A DNA stretch of 64,000 bases from Acidobacteriota bacterium. GTDB taxonomy: Bacteria; Acidobacteriota; UBA890; WLXD01. This document shows, piece by piece, positions 60,447 through 64,000 of this stretch. Each line of letters starts with the position of its first letter. Position 1 is the first letter of the stretch. The notes beneath the pieces were generated by a model that saw only the letters and a program-made list of their open reading frames with translations, was not told the origin of the DNA and did not search any database. The stretch is taken from NCBI GenBank assembly GCA_963666055.2, contig CAXWPH010000015.1:2112001-2176000 (forward strand), given 5' to 3'. Both the position numbers and the translations under genes were made by a program.

Positions 60447-61466
60447 GTGATACGAGTCGCGGTGGTGGGCGCCGGTCACTGGGGTCCAAACGTCATCAAC
60501 AATCTCTACACGCATACCGACGCATGGGTTTCGTGGGTGGCCGACACCAACCCCGATCGCCTCGCCACGGTAGCAAGCCGCTTCCCCGGGGTGCAGACGA
60601 CGAGCGATGCGCTCGCCGCGATCCGCGCCGACGACGTCGATGCGGTTATCGTGGCTACTCCTACCAGCACCCACCACGAGTTTGCCACCGTTGCTCTTGA
60701 AGCCGGCAAGCATGTGCTGGTGGAAAAACCGCTCGCCGACAGCACCGAGCATGCCGAATTGCTCTGTGAGCTAGCGCAGCGCACCGATCTGGTGCTCATG
60801 GTAGGTCACATCTTCGTCTACAACGCTGCGGCTCGCCGGGCGAAGGAGTACATCGGCGAAGGGGAGCTCGGACGCGTCTATTACATCTCCATGGAACGTA
60901 CGAACCTGGGACCGATCCGGGCCGATGTCAACGCTGCCTGGGATTTGGCCGCCCATGACGTGTCGCTCGCTAACTACTGGCTCAACAGCAACCCGGTGAC
61001 CGCCTCGGCAGTGGGCGGGGCATGGATCAATCCGGGAATCGAGGACGCGGTCTTTGCGACCCTGCGGTATCCCGCCGATGTCCTCGTCCACCTGCATGCT
61101 TCGTGGCTGAACCCGCGCAAGTCACGTGCCATCACCGTTGTGGGCGAGCGTCGCATGCTAACTTTTGATGACGGAAACCTGTCGGAGCCGCTACGCATCT
61201 ACGACAAGAAAGTACGCAACGAGCGCATCGACGTACCGTTCGTGGATACCTTCGCCAGCTTCCGGATGAGCGTTCGCGAGGGCGACATCGTGATCCCACG
61301 GGTACAGATGACCGAACCGCTCAAGGTCGAAGTGAATCATTTTCTGGAGTGCGTCCGGCAGGGGAATCGCCCGCTGTCTGCCGGGGCGGAAGGGCTTGCC
61401 GTAGTGCGTACCCTGGAAGCTATCGGTCGGTCGCTCGCCGGCCGCGGCGCGGAGATGCAGGTGTGA
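60447..61466 (+). CDS. Gfo/Idh/MocA oxidoreductase (WbpB-like)
   Basis: GAGHWG, HVLVEKP, WDLAAHD, SWLNP.K. Confidence 0.9.
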   Translation: MIRVAVVGAGHWGPNVINNLYTHTDAWVSWVADTNPDRLATVASRFPGVQTTSDALAAIRADDVDAVIVATPTSTHHEFATVALEAGKHVLVEKPLADSTEHAELLCELAQRTDLVLMVGHIFVYNAAARRAKEYIGEGELGRVYYISMERTNLGPIRADVNAAWDLAAHDVSLANYWLNSNPVTASAVGGAWINPGIEDAVFATLRYPADVLVHLHASWLNPRKSRAITVVGERRMLTFDDGNLSEPLRIYDKKVRNERIDVPFVDTFASFRMSVREGDIVIPRVQMTEPLKVEVNHFLECVRQGNRPLSAGAEGLAVVRTLEAIGRSLAGRGAEMQV

Positions 61467-61467
61467 C

Positions 61468-62598
61468 ATGAGGGTCCCGCTCGTTGACCTGAAGCTGCAG
61501 CACGCCTTGATCGCCGATGAAGTTTCTGCGGGGCTGAGTCAGGTGATGGCCGACACCGCCTTCATCCTCGGACCCCAGGTCGGGGAGTTTGAGGCCGAGT
61601 TCGCCCGATTTCAGGAGGCGCCCCACTGTGTGGGGGTCGGCAGTGGCACGGACGCGCTGGAGATGGCCCTGCGCGCCCTCGGCGTGGGCGCGGGTGACGA
61701 GGTGATCCTGCCGGCAAATACGTTCATCGCCACCGCGCTCGCGGTTACCCGATCCGGCGCAATCCCGTTGCTGGTGGACTGTGACCCCGAGCATCATCTG
61801 ATCGACGTCGAGAGAGCAGAGGAAGCCGTGGGGTCGCGAACACGCGCGATCATCCCGGTCCACCTGTACGGTCAGCTTGCGCCAATGGAACAGCTGCTAG
61901 AGTTCGCTGCCCGCCACGATCTCGTCGTGGTCGAGGACGCCGCGCAGGCGCATGGCGCCCGACGCCACGGGCAAACGGCAGGTAGCTTCGGGCAGGCAGC
62001 GGGGTTCAGCTTCTATCCGGGCAAGAACCTCGGGGCGTCCGGCGACGCGGGCGCAGTGATCACCCACGACGCCGATGTGTACGACGCCGTCCGGAGACTG
62101 CGGAACTGGGGGAGCGATCGCAAGTATCATCACCCCGCGATGGGGTTCAACTCCCGCCTCGACACCCTACAGTCAGTCGTGTTGCTGGCCAAGCTCCGGC
62201 ACCTGGCGGCGGGGAATCAACATCGTCGCGAGGCCGCAGAGCTCTACGACGAGCTCCTCGTCGACATGCCCACGGTGTCGCGACCGAGCGTCCTCGACGG
62301 CAACGAGCCTGTCTGGCATCTGTACGTCGTGCGGGTGGCCGAACGGGACCGGGTGCTGCAGTACCTCAACGAGAGGGGGATCGGTGCCGGGATTCACTAT
62401 CCGATTCCAATCCATCTACAGGGTGCCTATGCCGACCTAGGGAACGGGCCGGGGTCGTTCCCCGTCGCCGAGCAGGCCGCCAACGAGGTCCTGTCGTTGC
62501 CGATGTTCGCAGGAATCACCGAGGCGCAGCAGCGACACACGATCGAGATCCTCGAACAGGCGCTGGCCGGCATGAGTCGCCGGGTCGCGGCAGGCTGA
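61468..62598 (+). CDS. DegT/DnrJ/EryC1/StrS sugar aminotransferase (WbpE-like)
   Basis: SGTDAL, PVHLYGQ, EDAAQAHG, SFYPGKNLG, NSRLD. Confidence 0.93.
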   Translation: MRVPLVDLKLQHALIADEVSAGLSQVMADTAFILGPQVGEFEAEFARFQEAPHCVGVGSGTDALEMALRALGVGAGDEVILPANTFIATALAVTRSGAIPLLVDCDPEHHLIDVERAEEAVGSRTRAIIPVHLYGQLAPMEQLLEFAARHDLVVVEDAAQAHGARRHGQTAGSFGQAAGFSFYPGKNLGASGDAGAVITHDADVYDAVRRLRNWGSDRKYHHPAMGFNSRLDTLQSVVLLAKLRHLAAGNQHRREAAELYDELLVDMPTVSRPSVLDGNEPVWHLYVVRVAERDRVLQYLNERGIGAGIHYPIPIHLQGAYADLGNGPGSFPVAEQAANEVLSLPMFAGITEAQQRHTIEILEQALAGMSRRVAAG

Positions 62599-62610
62599 CC
62601 GCGCGGGATA

Positions 62611-63375
62611 CTAGTCGCTCTCCGGGCGCCAGCCGGTGCCGACCCACAGGTCAAGGATTCCGGCCAGCTCATGCAGGACCTTCTGACCGTCGTCGGTGTT
62701 TGTCCACCATCGATCCGGATCGAATGGATCGGCGCGCGCCCAGCGCAACGCACCTTCGATCGAGGCGTCGTCCGCCTCGCTCCAGAGCAGCCTGACGCGG
62801 CGCGAATGGGCCTTCGAGGTGACCAGGATCACGCTCGTGCGGCCCAGCAACTGCATCTCAGAGCGCAGGGCATCGATCTCGTCGCGTGTAGTCAAGACCG
62901 GCGCGTCCAGCAGCCGGATCGCGCCGGCCGGTACACCCATGCGTTGCAGTACTTGACGTTGCCAGTAGTGCGGCCCGGGAATGCGAACGCCGATGCGCTC
63001 CAGGGTACGGCTTCGCTTGGTCGGGACTAGCGAGGCGATCCAGACCTCGGGCGCGCGACCTTGGCCGTAGAGCTCTGCGGCTTCCATCGCCCGGTAAGGC
63101 ACATCGCCACCGTGAACGAAGATCACGTCGGCCTGACCGATCTCGTCCTCGACGACCAGCCAACCTCCGAGCGAACCCAGCAGCCATGGCCCGGCTTGGA
63201 ACAGGACGAAGAGCACGGTGGCAATCAGCATTGGCCATCGCCGCCAGCTCTGCGCCGGCCGCCTCTCGCCGGTGCGGGCTTCCGGGTCGACGGGCGGATG
63301 GCCGTCCGTCGAGTACGGAGCGGGGACCGCTGTTGCTGAGGATTCGGGTGGGCGATCGGTCTGTTCGGACTGCAT
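62611..63375 (-). CDS. YdcF/DUF218 family membrane protein
   Basis: TM helix; ADVI.V.GG, R..EA..LY, T.DE, LVTS..HSRR. Confidence 0.85.
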   Translation of the reverse strand: MQSEQTDRPPESSATAVPAPYSTDGHPPVDPEARTGERRPAQSWRRWPMLIATVLFVLFQAGPWLLGSLGGWLVVEDEIGQADVIFVHGGDVPYRAMEAAELYGQGRAPEVWIASLVPTKRSRTLERIGVRIPGPHYWQRQVLQRMGVPAGAIRLLDAPVLTTRDEIDALRSEMQLLGRTSVILVTSKAHSRRVRLLWSEADDASIEGALRWARADPFDPDRWWTNTDDGQKVLHELAGILDLWVGTGWRPESD

Positions 63376-63459
63376 CCCCCGCAGCATAGACCACGCCAGC
63401 ACCGGTCGTCTTGGACGCTCTGACCGAAAGCAACGTATATATGCCAGGAGGGGAGTTTC

Positions 63460-64000
63460 ATGACCGACGAACATCGTCCCGAAAAGATTTTCCGTGTTCT
63501 GCGACGCAGTCGTGCGGCGGAGGCGAACTCCGAGGCGTTATGGCGTCGCATCGAGGCACGTCTGGAGCCACCGTCGCCGACGATGGCTAGCCGACTCTTG
63601 AGAGCACTGACGGCTGCAACTCGACGCCCCGGGCTGCGCTTTGCCGGTGCGGTTACGGCGATCACTGCAGTGGCGGTGGCGATTTGGTGGCAGCCGGCCC
63701 GGGTCGGCGAGATTCTTCCGCAGATCGCCATGCCGGCGCCCACTGCTGATGCCCCGGTATCGATGTGGGAGCTCGACGTTCGGTTGATTCGCGGATTTGA
63801 CGGTGCGCCGCCCGCCGACGTGCGCACGGAGGTTGTCGACGGCGCCGGCGGGGCCAGTCGGTTGGCGGATCTGCGCGCCGACTTCGCAGCGCTCGTGCGT
63901 TTCGAAGACTTCGGCCTGGTGGGCGAGTGGACCGGACAGGTACAGGTGGCAGGTGGCGACATGCCACTGTCCGCCAGTCGGGCCCTGGTGTTCGAGGTGG
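63460..64000 (+). CDS. Putative membrane-anchored anti-sigma-like protein (3' partial)
   Basis: GGAGGGG RBS; MTDEHRPEK...LWRRIEARL then a single TM helix; frame open to the window end. Confidence 0.55.
   Translation, partial: MTDEHRPEKIFRVLRRSRAAEANSEALWRRIEARLEPPSPTMASRLLRALTAATRRPGLRFAGAVTAITAVAVAIWWQPARVGEILPQIAMPAPTADAPVSMWELDVRLIRGFDGAPPADVRTEVVDGAGGASRLADLRADFAALVRFEDFGLVGEWTGQVQVAGGDMPLSASRALVFEV

Overview
GC-rich bacterial chromosome segment. The gene content (Ser/Thr kinase-TolB propeller proteins, CadC/TPR regulator, DUF5916, DUF885, Na+-type membrane PPase) suggests a marine Acidobacteriota-like organism, which is an inference. Bases ~1630-13860 are an accessory region in two parts. 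(i) ~1630-8330 is a mosaic in which the same short backbone blocks recur as diverged copies (Zn-finger ORF, tyrosine-recombinase 3' remnant plus HTH gene, GGGTCCCATCT/C-tract motif). Different cargo sits between them: ribosomal protein bS21, a Met-rich membrane protein, PilZ, Zn-ribbon/TPR genes and a secreted peptide. (ii) 8390-13860 is a capsid-less phage-satellite-like core (xis, DnaC-like loader, replication initiator with iterons, cro/cI switch, catalytic-domain-only tyrosine recombinase). Beside it lies a translationally coupled three-gene module (DUF3467-like, unknown protein, ADP-ribosyltransferase-like protein), the best candidate for an undescribed toxin-antitoxin or anti-phage system. 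From 13862 on the window is mostly housekeeping (folK, smpB, pdxA, holB, acyl-CoA carboxylase, transaldolase, glyA, tRNA-Gln, prs, rplY, pth, hppA, rpsF/rpsR/rplI, dnaB, alr, mla, hsp20). Cell-surface modification genes are interleaved: sxtIJK-like carbamoylation trio, rfbC/rfbD, a luciferase-free LuxC/LuxE-ACP cluster and wbp-like sugar genes, several of them frameshifted. All family calls come from motif recognition by eye; no searches were run.
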